Positions 48,372-61,473 of a DNA stretch of 64,000 nt are shown piece after piece; position 1 is the first letter of the stretch; every line of letters begins with the position of its first letter. Source of the stretch: Pristiophorus japonicus. Lineage: Eukaryota. The notes under the pieces are model-generated. The model did not search any database and had not been told where the DNA came from. It saw only the letters and a program-made list of their open reading frames with translations. Made by a program: the position numbers and the translations under genes. The DNA lies in contig NC_091989.1 of the NCBI RefSeq assembly GCF_044704955.1, forward strand, positions 104,036,001 through 104,100,000, read 5' to 3'.

Positions 48372-50750
48372 AACATAAGAAAATAAGAAATAGGAGCAGG
48401 CATCGGTCTTTTGGCCTCTCGAGCCTGCACCGCCATTCAATAAGATAATGTCTGATGTGATCTTGGCCGCAACTCCAATTTCCTGCTCACTCCCCATAAC
48501 TCCTAACTCCCTTGTAGTTCAAAATTCTGTCTATCTCCACCTTAAATATATTCAATGGCGTAGCTTCCACAGCTCTCTGGTGTAGAGAATTCCAAAGATT
48601 CATGACCCTCTGAGAGAAGAAATTCCCTCTGTTTTAAATGGGTGACCCTTTATTCTAAAACTATACCTCCGAGTTCTAGGTTGCCCCAAGAGGGGAAACA
48701 TCCGCTCTGAATCTGCTCTGACAAGCACCCTCAAAATCATATGTTTTAATAATCAGCCAGGACCTTATTGAATGTAGAGCATGCTCGATGGGCCACAGGA
48801 CCTACTCCTGCTCCTATATTCGTATGTTCTCATGTTCTTAATAAGACCACCTCTAATTCAAACTGTAAGCAGTACACCAGGTGTGAAGTCACCAATGCCT
48901 TGTACAGTTGTGGCAGAACCTCCCTGCTTTTATACTCCATCCCCCTTGCAATAAAGGCCAACATTCCATTTGCTTTTCTAATGGCTTGCTCTACCTGCAT
49001 GCAAATTATTTTGTGTTTCATGTCCGAAGACCCCGCCATCCCTTGGTATCATAGGATGTTGTAGTCTCTCTCCATTTAAATAATAATTTGTTGTTTTTAT
49101 TCTTCTTACCAAAATGGATAATCTCGCATTTTTCCACACTATACTCCATCTGATATTTTTTTCCACACTCACTTAAACTCTCTATGTCCCTTTGCAGATT
49201 TTTTGAATCCTGCTCACAACTTGCTTTCCCACCTATCTTTGTTTCATTAGCAAATTTGGCTACAGTACACTCGCTCTCTTCATCCAAGTCATTAATATAG
49301 ATTGTAAATAGTTGAGGCCCCAGCACTGATCCCTGTGGCACCCCACTAGTTACAGTTTGCCAACCTGAAAGTGACCCATTTATGCCAATTCTCATTTTTC
49401 TGTCAGTGAGCAAATCCGTGCTAATATATTACCCCAAAACCCATGAGGTCTTATCTTGTACAGTAACCTTTTATTTGGCACCTCATCGAATGCCTTCTGG
49501 AAATCCAAATAACATACATCTACTCATTCCCCTTCTTCCATGCTGCTCATTACATCCTCAAAGCTCTCTAGTAAATCCTTTCATAAAACCATGTTGACTC
49601 TGCTTGATTGTGTTATGATTTTCTAAATTTCCTGTCACTCCTTTCTTAATAATGGGTTCCAGCATTTTACCAATTACAGATGTTAGACTAACTGCTCTAT
49701 AGTTTCCTGCTTTCTGTCTCCACCCTTTCTTGTAGAGGGGCGTTACATTTGCAGTTTTCCAATTCTCTGGTACCTCTCCAGAATCCATGGAATTTTGGTA
49801 GATTAAAACCAATGCATCCAGTACCACTTCTATTAAGATGCTAGGATGCAGGCCATCAGGTACAGGGGGCTTGTCCACTTTAGCCCCATTAGTTTACCCA
49901 GTATGTTTTCTCCAGCGATTATGATTGTTTTAAGTTCCACCCTCCCTATAGCCCCATGATTATCTACTTTTAGTTCTTCTACCGTGAATACTGATGGAAA
50001 ATATTTGTTCAACATCTCTACCATTTCCCTGATTCCCATTACTAATTTCCTCAGTCTCATATTCTAAGGGACCAACGTTTACTTTAGCATCTCTCTTCTG
50101 TGTTATATACATGTAGAAGCTCTTACTGCCTGTTTATAAATTTCTTGCTAGTTTACTGTCATAATCTATCTTCTCCCTCTTTGTTATTTTTTTAGTCATC
50201 CTTTGTTGGCTTCTAAATAAATCCCAATTCTCTGGTCTACTACTAATCTTCACAACTTTGTATGCCTTTCATTTCAATTTGATACCATTATTAACTTACC
50301 TAGTTAGCCATGGATGGTTCGCCATTCTCGTAGTCTCTTTCTTTCACAATGGAATATATATATTGGCTAAGAGTTATGAAATATCACCTTAAATGCCTGC
50401 CACTGCTTATCTACCGTCTTACCCTTTAGTCTATGATCCCAGTCCAATTTAACCAAGTCTGTCTTCATACCTTTGTAATTGCCTTTATTTAAGTTTAGGA
50501 CACAAGTTTCAGAACCAGGTTTCTCACCTTCAAACTGAATTTGAAATTCTAACATGATATGATCACTCTTCCCCAGAGGATTCTTTACTATGATAGCAAT
50601 AATGAATCCTATCTCATTACACAATACCAGATCTAAAATAGCCTGCTCGCTGGTTGGTTCCACAAAATATTGTTCTAAGAAACCATCCCAAATATACTCT
50701 ATGAACTCGTCCTCAAGGCCAAAATTTCCAATTTGGTTTGTCCAATCTAA
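48372..50750 (-). mobile_element. CR1 LINE, decayed (its 5' endonuclease part continues at ~52010-52600)
   Basis: GVPQGSVLGP, NYRAVSLTS, EPTSEQAILDLVL, KSDHIM. A small + strand CR1 tail piece lies at ~48750-48840. Confidence 0.88.
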
Positions 50751-50754
50751 ATGA

Positions 50755-51982
50755 AACAGGGTGGACAAGGGGGAATCAGTGGATGCCATATATTTGGATT
50801 TCCAGAAGGCATTCTATAAGTTGCCATATTAAAGGTTACTGCATAAGATAAAATTTCACGGGGTTGGGGTAATATATTAGCATGGATAGAGGATTGGCTG
50901 TCTAACAGAAAACAGAGATTTGTGATAAATGGGTCATTTTCTGGTTGGCAAACAGTAACTAGTGGGGTGCCACAGGGAATGGTGCTGGGGCCTCAACTAT
51001 TCACAATCTGTATTAATCATTTGGATCAAGGGACCGACTGCAATGTAGCCAAGTTTGCTGATGATACAAAGATGGGTGGGAAAGCAAGTTGTGAGGAGGA
51101 CACACAAATCTGCAAAGAGATATAGACAGGCTAAGTGCGTTGGCAAAAATTTGGCAGATGGAGTATAATGTGGGAAAATGTGAGGTTATCCACCTTGACA
51201 GTTAAAATAAAAAAGCAAATTATTATTAAATTTGAGAAAAATTACAAAATGCTGCAGTACAGAGGGACGTGCCGATCTTTGTGCATGAAACACGAAAAGT
51301 TAGTATGCAGGTGCAGCACATAATCAGGAAGGCAAAAAGAATGTTGGCATTTATTGCAATGGGGATGGGCTATAAAAGCAGAGAAGTCCTGCTTCAATTG
51401 TACAAGGTATTGGTGAGGCCACACCTGGAGCACTGCGTATAGTACGGGTCTCCTTATTTAAGGAAGGATATACTTGCATTGGAGGCAGTTCAGAGAAGGT
51501 TCACTAGGTTGATTCTTGAGATGAAGGAGTTGACTTATGAAGAAAGGTTGGGCTTGTACTCATTGGAATTTAGAAGAATGAGAGGTGATCTTATTAAAAC
51601 ATGTAAGATAATGACGGAGCTCGATAAGGTGAATGCTGAAAGGATGTTTTAACTCAAGGGGGAATCTAGAATTAGGGGGCATAGTTTCAGAAAAAGGGGT
51701 CGCCCATTTATAACTGAGACGAGGAGAAATGTATTCTCTCAAAGGTTGTAAATCTGTGGAATTAGCTGCCATAGAGAGCTGTGGAGGCTGGGTCATTGAA
51801 TATATGGAAGGCAGAGTTTGAAAGATTTTTGAACGATAAGGTAATAAAGGTTTATGGGGAGTGGGAAGCAAAGTGGAGCTGAACCCAAGATCAGATCAGC
51901 CATGATCTTATTAAATGGCAGCGCAGGCTCGAGGGGCCAAATGGCCTACTCCTGCTCCTATTATTTATGTTCTTATGTTCTT
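50755..51982 (+). mobile_element. CR1 LINE 3' half inserted into the minus-strand CR1
   Basis: YLDFQKAF, GVPQG, FADD, and TTCTTATG tail. Confidence 0.9.
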
Positions 51983-52009
51983 ATTAAAATCGCTCATGAT
52001 TATTGCGGG

Positions 52010-52610
52010 AATTTTCTTCAAAGCCCTCCATTATTTCTTGATTTATACTCTGTTGTAAGATGTAGCTACTGTTAGGGGCCTATAGGCTACACCCAAGAAT
52101 GACTTATTTACCTTACTATTTCTGATCTCCACCCAAACTGATTCTACATCTTGATTTTCTGAGCCAATATCATTTCTCACGACTGCACTGGTCTCATCCT
52201 TTTTTAACAGAGCTACCCCACCTCGTTTTCCTTCCTTCCTATCCTTCTTAAATGTCAAATAGCCCTGAATAGTCAGTTCCCAGTCTTGGTCACCTTGCAA
52301 CCACGTTTCTGTAATGGCTATCAGCTCATACCCATTTATTTCTATTAGTGCCGTCAACGGATCTATCTTGTTACGATGCATTCAGATAAAGAGCCTTTAA
52401 TTTTGTCGTATTATCACTTTCCCTATTCTGACGCTAATAGCTGCTGCACTTCGATGTTTCTACCCTCTGTCCCTTCCTGTCACACTGTGTTTATCGTTAC
52501 CCCTATCCCAACCCTGCACTATTGTCTTCTCCTTTCTCTTTGACTTTTTAAATTTCCCCTCACCGGAACACTCTACCGCCCACTATTTAATTTAAATCCC
52601 ATCCCACAGC
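52010..52610 (-). mobile_element. CR1 LINE 5' part (endonuclease N-terminus)
   Basis: RNKIDPL, IAITETWL, GGVAL, VESVWVEI, GVAYRP. Confidence 0.85.
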
Positions 52611-54414
52611 CCCAGAATGAACTGTTTCTGTGCTGTGAATTCTAATTCTACATAATAATATGTGAATAAGAATAGATAATCCACTTAACGGTCTCAAACT
52701 TATTAAAGTTCTGCTTTTTATTTTCATGGTCTCTGCAGTAACCCAGTGCAAACATGTTGTCTTTTCTCACACCCCCTATTCGCCAATTCTGTATTAATCG
52801 CTTGCTGCAGATTATCGTTACAATTCTTAGTCGGGACAAAATGGAGCTTTCATTATATCCAGCAAATGGATTCCGCAGTTTGCAATCGGGACCTCTGAAC
52901 CCACGCAAGCAATTGGTTTCCTTGTTGTAGTTGATTTCGCCACAGTAAACAATCGACGTGAAAAACGAGTTTGTAGCTAGCTCCGAAGGCTATACCATTC
53001 TTTATTGATAACACATTATTTAAACTCTATTCAGTTTTAAAACAAAATGGGTATGGTTACAATAGCAGTGTACTATCCGACAGTGTGAAAAGTGTATTTG
53101 CAGTCCCGATCCTATGGTTCTCAGCGTGAAATGTAGTTTAGTATAAAATGTGGAAATAAATATCAGCAAAAGGGATCCACTGGGAACTTTATTGTTGAAC
53201 TTAATTTTCATTCAGACCGAGGTTAGATTCGGTGCGGCTGTCGAAGCCCGGTGCAGCGAGCGCAACTCTTCCAGTTCAGGCCATGATTTCGATGCATGCC
53301 GGAAGTTACAAATCGGGGACAAGCCGAAACCACTTCACGTAGGAAGACAAAGTTGATGGCAATTAAATCTAACGGTTTTCACCCATTACTCATAAACCAC
53401 ACTCGATTTCGAACATCCCAGGAGAAATTAATACTTTCGCAAGATTCAGAGATTCCTCCACTTTCGAACATTTATTGCCATGTTGTCAATGAGGAATTCC
53501 ACTGTTAAACAGAGAAACAGTTCATTACTAAAAGAGTTTTCAGATTTTTAAATTTAAAAATGAGTTTTTAGTCGGAATGCATCCCCTTGGTTGTAGAGTA
53601 GTCCCGTGGGTTACGCTATTCGTAGCCTAATACAATAAGATGTCATTCGGGGCTAAGCCACTACTCGTAATGTAGGTTTGTAAGAAGGAACCTGCAACAT
53701 GAGACAAACGTTCCCCGGATACAAACACCTCGATGCTCGTTGCATTATTCAGTTGAGAGAAAGTTAAAAGCTGGTTAATCAGTCTATCATTTGTTAAACA
53801 TTTGTTAAGTAATGCACTGCATTGAAACTGGGTGTATATTTAGGTTGTGTCCACCGACAGATACGTGCAGACATCCACATTGAAGTGCAATGGACCGCAA
53901 GTCAGGTGCAGCCGGCCGAACCATCTCTCCCTGAAAGCTAGATTTCGCACCGGGAGCGCACGGCTACGGAACTACCGCTGAAATTCCTTTGATGGGTGGA
54001 GCTGACAGCCAGAGAAATCAAAGCTCTAGTTGCAGATTTGTTTCTCTGTAAAATGGGTGGAAGCGGGATTGGTGATTCCTCTTCTCTCCATACCGAACGA
54101 CATTGAAATTGTCTTCTGAAGATTCCACACAGTTAGAAATAGCGAATGGAGAACTTCTTCACAAACGCATTCAGGATTCGCTACAGCCATCAATGTTTTA
54201 CGTAAGTAAAATTCTTCTAAGTACTTAGCGGAAAATTATTGAAAAATCATATTGAAATAGTAAACAAACTGAAGGGAGGAAATGCCGAAAAAAACTCTGG
54301 AGGGGTGCTGTAAAAGAGTTGGGTCTTGAGGATGTCGTTAAGACACAGAAGAAAGTTAAACCAATATAAAACAAAAGGTACCTAGACAAAATATGTAACA
54401 AATTTGCAAACTTA

Positions 54415-55290
54415 AGAACATACATAAAAACATAACAAATAGGAACAGGAGTAGGCCATACGGCTCCTCGAGCCTGCTCCGCCATTCAATAAGATCATGG
54501 CTGATCTGACCATGGATTCAGCTTGACTTTCCTGCCCACTCCCAAACCCCCTTATCCCCTTATCATTTCAGAAACTGTCTATTTCTGTCTTAAATTTATT
54601 TAATGTCCCAGCTTCCACAGCTCTCCGAGGCAGCGAATTCCACAGATTTAAAACCCTCTGAGAGAAGAAATTTCTCCTCATCTCTGTTTTAAATGGGCGG
54701 CCCCTTATTCTAAGATAATGCCCTCTAGTTCTAGTCTCCCCCATTAGTGGAGACACCCCCTCTGCATCCACCTTGTCAAGCCCCCTCATACTCCTATAAG
54801 TTTCGATAAGATCACCTCACATTCTTCTGAATTCCAATGAGTAGAGGCCCAAACTACTCTTCCTTTCTTCATAAGTCAACCACTTCATCTCCAGAAGCAA
54901 CCTAGTGAACCTTTTCTGAACTGCCTCTAAAGCAAGTATGTCCTTTAGTAAATATGGAAAACAAAAAACGGCATGCGGTATTCCAGGTGTGGCCTCACCA
55001 ATACCCTGTATAGCTGTAGCATGACTTCCCTGCTTTTATACTCTGTCACCTTCGCCATAAAGGCCAACATTCCATTTACCTTTATGATCACTTGCTGTAC
55101 CTGCATACTATCCTTGTTGAGTCTCATGCACAATTACCCCCAGGTCCCGCTGTACTGCGGCAATTTGCAATCTGTCTCCAATTAAATAATATCTTGCTCT
55201 TTGATTTTTTTTCTGCCAAAGTGCATGACCTCACACTTTCAAACATTATACACCATCTGCCAAATTTTTGCCCATTCACTTAGCCTGTCC
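54415..55290 (-). mobile_element. CR1 3' fragment
   Basis: LVRPHLEY, TRTRGH, NLWNSLP, and CR1 tail. Confidence 0.9.
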
Positions 55291-55848
55291 ACGTGATTAA
55301 CAGAAACTGTCAAAATAAACTTGTCACATGTAGGCACCCCTTGTCACCGGTGAAGGCGCTACTGAGCCATGATCAGCAGGACCGTGTAATCAGAGCTTGA
55401 CAACTTTACCTCGGCAGTGCAATTTACATTTATTGCAGAAATAATTACAAACAATCGATAAATGTTCCCAGTTTGTTTAGAATTTACATCTCTAATATAT
55501 TGTGTGACGTTAACAGCAGCATACAAACGAAGCGAAGTGTAAGGAAACTACCTCAGGAGATTCTCTACAAGGAATGTTCACATTCCACATCTTAATCTCG
55601 GAGAAACCAACACTGGCTCAGCGATTGATGGTAAATTCTCCATTTGAAATGCGGACAATCTTTTTCCAATTTAGAGTAGAACCGTCATCAAATTTCACTT
55701 CAGAGACGAAAGCGATTTTGTGAACCACCAGTTACAGGATGTGAAACGTCATTGCGTTGCATTTCAGATTAAACAATCTGCAAACCCTTCTTACAGTGGC
55801 AAACACACGGTCAGTGCAGTCAATGATCAACTGAATCTTCTGCTCGGG

Positions 55849-55909
55849 ATGTTGCAGACAGTGATGTTTCTGTTCCTGTCCCTGTCTCTCCCGGGGATCA
55901 TTTACACAG
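55849..55909 (+). CDS. Copy 2 leader (signal peptide) exon
   Basis: MLQTVMFLFLSLSLPGIIYT, then G|GTACC. Short intron to the V exon. Confidence 0.85.
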
Positions 55910-58900
55910 GTACCTGTTTATTTTCTACCCAATCGTCTCAATAAAAAAATTCTAATTATTTACCACACCAATTGAATGAAATTTAGTTTGTCCCTCTGTA
56001 ATCTTTCTTTTTTTGATTTCCATGTATAAATGTGCTCAGAAGTGCTTGGTTCCGCAGAGAATACAATTGACCAAACTTTGAATATATTTTCTAACAGCTG
56101 CGGAGCGCAGTTGGATCAGCGTGCTTCAAATTCCCGAACAAGTAATTAAATTAAGGGGAACGAACATCACCTTCCACTGCGTAATCCCCCTTACTCATGA
56201 CAATTGGGGGGTAGATGTGCGTTGGTGGAAACGGGGTGAGAATGAATATCTACAAACAGGAGCCGACAACAGAAAACAATTTAGTGTTAAAAATAAAGGA
56301 GACGGTTTATTTGAGTTGCTGAACGTGACTATCCAGGACACTGGATTCTATCATTGTGCAGTGATCCGTCAGGGAAGAATTATTGGAAATGGAACAGGAT
56401 CACATCTGACTGTGGGCGGTAAGTGACCGGAGTGAGTGGGAAGGTCCACATGCATCAACTATAACAAGGATGATTTTTGTCGTTGTTTGATTGTATCGTC
56501 TTTGATATTATAAAACAATTATATTAAGACTGAAGCTCTGCACACAATTGCTAATTATGCGGCACAATATTACGTTTAATTTGCTGAGTTGTGTAAAATG
56601 CCATCAATTTTAACCAGAGTAATTAACATGCCACTAAGGCAATGTTGGAAATCTGAAATATAAACAGAACATGTTGGAAATACTCAACAGTTCAGGCAGC
56701 ATCTGCGGAGAAAGGAACAGAGTTAACGTTTCAAGTCTATGACCTGTCGCAAGTAGCATGATACCGGATTCATCTCAAAATGTATTTTTTCCATCAGAAT
56801 TCTGATGATGGAAGATGCAGAACAAATTCCAAATATATTGATGACGAGCTGAAAATATTTTCTATTAATGCCCCGCTCCCGACTTATGCACGATTCTTGC
56901 TCCATTTTAAATACTCTGTTTGTCCCTGTGGCTGTAAGTGAGGTTTGACAATTTCTCTTTTGAAATTAATGCTAACAAACTGACAGGTTGATTCTCGTGA
57001 CGGACTTCAAATCAGGTTAACTGTTAATGGATTCACTCAACAAACTGAACCACGAACCGCGATTTTGCCGCGTCTTTCGCCTCCAATACATACAACATTC
57101 CCCAGAGACTATGTTGTTGAAATCTGTTGACGTTCAAGGGGACGTAATTTCGCTCAGCCGCTATTATGTTCCGGCTGTGTGAGCTGTCTGATATCCATTT
57201 CGCTCCTGCTTTATTATTGGTAATGTACATATTAGTCATTTCTCTCTTGGGGAGACAAGCAGACGGACCTAGTTTTACTAACATACAGGGAACGACTGAG
57301 GATACCATTCTGCTCCCATGTCTGATATATAATACACCCCACCCCCACCCAGTAACATGATTTTCCCCATTCTCTATTCCACAGCTGTCCCAACTCCATT
57401 GAAGATTGTCTCCACGACATCCAAGAGCCATTCATCTTCATCTCTGACTCTTGTGTGTGAAACGGCAGAGTTTTACCCAGGTGATTTAACCCTCGTTTGG
57501 TATAAAAATGGTACTAAAACCGCAACTGGAATGAATTCCACTCCCCGACAGAACACAGAGGGACTGTATAGAGTGTCAAGCTCTTTGGAAGAGACGCAGC
57601 CTGTGCCGAACGGGAAAGTTTACATCTGTTTGGTGACACATGCCTCCCTTGAGGCTCCCGCTATTGCCATCCACACTGTTGCTAATTGCGACCCAGGTAC
57701 GAGGCCAACAGGCCAAGAAATTAGGTCAGCTACTTTTAAATTCTGAAAGGCTATTTCATAGAGTGTGTTAATATTAATAATCATAAAGATAGTTAGAAAA
57801 ATTTCCCGGGAAATTTAAATATCAAAGAAAGAACATTAATGTTTCGATGAAAAATATTATTGACCCGGTCTTGTGTAAAACAGGAAGTAATAATACCGCC
57901 CTCTATCCAGAAACTCCGTGTTAAATCTCGGCAGCTACCAAATTTCCCCCCAAAAATGAGGAAGTGCTGTAGCTCTTCCAATCAATTATTTTAAATCTCT
58001 TTCTTAGTATTAAACATTCAAATGTATCCTCTTGTTGAATTGATTTTATTCTTTCTCATTATCTGGTTTCCTTACATTAGCTGCAAGACCAGAAGAACAT
58101 AAGAACATAAGAATTAGGAACAGGAGTAGGCCATCTAGCCCCTCGAGCCTGCTCCGCCATTCAATAAGATCATGGCCGATATGGTCGTGGAGTCAGCTCC
58201 ACTTACCCGCCCTCTCCCCGTAACCCTTAATTCCCTTATTCCTTAAAAATCTATCTATCTTTAACTTGAAAACATTCAATGAGCCAGCCCCAACTGCTTC
58301 CTTGGGCAGAGAATTCCACAAATTCACAACCCTCTGGGAGAAGAAATTCTTTCTCAACTCGGTTTTAAATTGGCTCCTCCGTATTTTGAGGCTGTGCCCC
58401 CTAGTTCTAGTCTCCCCCACCAATGGAAACAACCTCTCTGCCTCTATCTTGTCTATCCCCTTCATGATTTTAAATGTTTCTTTAAGATCACCCCTCATCC
58501 TTCTGAACTCCAGCGAGTAAAGACCCAGTCTACTCAATCTATCATCATAAGGTAACCCCCTCATTTCTCGAATCAGCCTAGTGAATCATCTCTGTACCTC
58601 TTCCAAAGCTAGTATATCCTTCCTTAAGTAAGGTGACCAAAACTGCACGCAGTACTCCAGGTGCGGCCTTACCAATACCTTATACAGTTGCAGCAACACC
58701 TCCCTGCTTTTGTACTCCATCCCTTTCGCAATGAAGGCCAACATTCCATTTGCCTTCCAGTTTACCTGCTGCACCTGCAAACTAACCTTTTGGGATTCAT
58801 GCACAAGGACCCCCAGGTCCCTCTGCACCACAGCATGTTGTAATTTCTCCCCATTCAAATAATATTCCCTTTTACTGTTTTTTTTCCCAAGATGGATGAC

Positions 58901-60459
58901 CTCACACTTTCCAACATTGTATTCCATCTGCCAAACCTTAGCCCATTCGCTTAACCTATCCAAATCTCCTTGCAGCCTCTCTGAGTCTTCTACACAACCC
59001 GCTTTCCCACTAATCTTTGTGTCATCTGCAAATTTTGTTGCACTACGCTCTGTCCCCTCCTCTAGGTTATCTATGTATATTGTAAACAGTTGTGGTCCCA
59101 GCACTGATCCCTGTGGCACACCATTAACCACTGATTTCCAACCGGAAAAGGACCCATTTATTCCGACTCTCTGCTTTCTGTTCGCCAACCAATTCTCTAT
59201 CCATGCTAATACATTTCCTCTGACTCCGCGTACCTTTATCTTCTGCAGTAACCTTTTGTGTGGCACCTTATACAATGCCTTTTGGAAATCTAAATACACC
59301 ACATCCATCGGTACACCTCTATCCACCATGCTCGTTATATCCTCAAGAATTCCAGTAAGTTAGTTAAACATGATTTCCCTTTCATGAATCCATGCTGCGT
59401 CTGCTTGATTGCACTATTCCTATCCAGATGTCCCGCTATTTCTTTCTTAATGATAGTTTCAAGCATTTTCCCCACTACAGATGTTAAACTAACCGGCCTA
59501 TAGTTACCTGCCTTTTGCCTGCCCCCTTTTTTAAACAGAGGCGTTACATTAGCTGCTCTCCAATCCGCTGGTACTTCCCCAGAGTCCAGAGAATTTTGGT
59601 AGATTATAAAAATGCATCTGCTATACCTTCCACCATCTCTTTTAATACCCTGGGATGCATTTCATCAGGACATGGGGACTTGTCTACCTTGAGTCCCATT
59701 AGTCTGTCCAGCACTACCTCCCGAGTGATAGTGATCATCTTAAGGTCCTCCCTTCCCACATTCCTATGACCAGCAATTTTTGGCATGGTTTTTGTGTCTT
59801 CCACTGTGACCCAGGTCTGTTTCTACAATCGGTTGCAAGACTTCGGTTTACCGCCACCTATTTCTTTGTAATTAACAACGAACCACGTGCGGCTTTCCTT
59901 TCATGTCAGTGACGGTTTTATTTCAGTAAATACACTGCAGAGAATCGAATTTGCATTTTAGCCCAATTTGAATCACTGAATTGCCGCAATTTCAGCAAAT
60001 AATAGTTTAAGAGCGAAAGAAGAGTCAACTGCAAGAACAAGCTATTCTCTCCATCGTAAATGATTCATCTGGTATCCTAATTCTCCCAAACCAATGTTCA
60101 GAACTTCCCAAACTGATATCCTCCCTCGCAGATTATTCATGCCGTGCATGATCCTTTGTGGGAAGTTCCTTTTGATCCCAGATCTAAAAGATAAATTCGG
60201 ATAATTTTCAAATGCCCCTCTTCTCGTGCTATACTGCGTAGTTGCTGTAACTGTGAGCAGCAGTTTAACCAACAAATAATCCCGAGGTCTCTTTTTCAAG
60301 TAGACAATCACACATTAGAAATCCGTATCTATCCTTTTAATCTTGCAGATTCTGATGGTAAACATTGTTATATCTGGGGTTCTGGATGTGCGCTGGGTGT
60401 ATTATCCTTTCTGATGTTGATGATCATCATTAGCACCAGGTGGAGTTTGAAGAATAAAG
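55849..60459 (+). CDS. Non-rearranging VJ-C1-TM Ig superfamily receptor, copy 2 (open from leader to TM; cytoplasmic exons not found in window)
   Basis: Exons 55849-55909, 56098-56418, 57385-57696 and 60349-60459 splice in frame (all phase 1, canonical AG/GT) with no stops. Confidence 0.9.
56098..56418 (+). CDS. Copy 2 V-set exon with germline J-like motif
   Basis: SVLQIP...NITFHC...VRWWK...LLNVTIQDTGFYHCAV...GNGTGSHLTV, then G|GTAAGT. Confidence 0.93.
57385..57696 (+). CDS. Copy 2 Ig C1-set exon
   Basis: TLVCETAEFYPGDLTLVWYKNG...YRVSSSL...YICLVTHASL. 312 bp, the same length as in copy 1. Confidence 0.93.
58093..59810 (-). mobile_element. CR1 LINE, young, same subfamily as 38583-39885, in the copy 2 C1-TM intron
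   Basis: Long RT ORF 58586-59329, near-identical protein to the 38.6-39.9 kb copy. Confidence 0.95.
60349..60459 (+). CDS. Copy 2 transmembrane exon
   Basis: DSDGKHCYIWGSGCALGVLSFLMLMIIISTRWSLKNK, flanked by TTGCAG and GTAAGT. Confidence 0.88.
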
Positions 60460-61065
60460 GTAAGTGCTACGTTACTCGATTGCTGTAATACAAATCTCGA
60501 GAGGGATAGCGAGAGCGGCCTGACCGGCACAGGAGGAGAACAGCGCGATTATTACTTAAAGTTTAAGCTATTATTACCTGATGTCACAAAACATAAATCG
60601 TTTTTAGCAAATTGCACTGAATTCAGCATCTTGTAATGAAAGAATAACCACAGAATGAGCCTATAAAGGATTTGATCATCTTGATATTAACAACGGAAAT
60701 TTCCACTTTATGGCAGATGATGAATAAAATCTGATCGATTGTTTCATGATTTTGAGGCCTGTGACTAGTTCGGGTAAACTTTGTCGAGTCACGAGTCGAT
60801 GTACACGACTGTTGATGGTTGCAGTAATTGGGATTTCCAAAACAGCCCGAAAAATGTGATTATCAGAAAATAATTGCGGATCCACCCCGACAGATAGAAT
60901 CTTTCCCCCAGTGTAGAATCAAGCTGTTTGTTAAGGGCCCAGGTCGCATGTGGATTTCTCTGTAATGAAGAATTTCCTGACATAATGTCTAAAACCCTCA
61001 CTTACTAGTTTTTAACAGTGACCTGAGTTCGGGTCTCACAGATAAATATCTGGCACCGTATGTGT

Positions 61066-61430
61066 ACGGTAGTGTAGTGCTTATGTTGCTGAACTGTTAA
61101 TCCAAAGGTCTGGAATTATAACCCAGCGAAGGTGGGGGAAACCCGACCATGGCATTTTTGAGAATTTGGATTTAGCTTCTAACATTTGGAAATAATAAGC
61201 CGGTATCAGAAAAAGACAATTGACCATGTGGCTGTCATAAAATGCTAAATAATTCACTAATGTCCCTTACAGACGGAAAAGTGCCGTTTTTACCCGGTAG
61301 GGTCACGTCAGTTCCACACCAATATAGTGAACACTTAACTGCCCTCTGAAGTGGTCCAGTTGTTCAGTTGTCTATAATTAAGGGCAAATAAAGATGGGCA
61401 ATAAATGTTGCCTTTTCAATGACCGCACCT
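61066..61430 (+). mobile_element. tRNA-derived SINE with LINE-derived tail (shark SacSINE1/DeuSINE-like)
   Basis: A-box-like GGTAGTGTAGTG, central TTAACTGCCCTCTGAA, and tail AAGGGCAA..GATGGGCAATAAATG shared with the LINE ends at 5300 and 15200. Confidence 0.7.
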
Positions 61431-61473
61431 GCTCAGAAAGAAAGAAGCAAAACTGTGGATTAACTTTTTCTAT

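Noticed and set aside
38583-59810. The two young CR1 copies as markers of the gene duplication
   Set aside because: They lie in different introns (after TM in copy 1, before TM in copy 2) and are much more alike than the host exons, so they are independent later insertions.
34094-60459. Rearranging TCR or Ig locus
   Set aside because: No CACAGTG/ACAAAAACC recombination signals follow the V regions. The J-like strand is in the same exon, each V has its own C1 and TM, and there is no conserved TM Lys/Arg.
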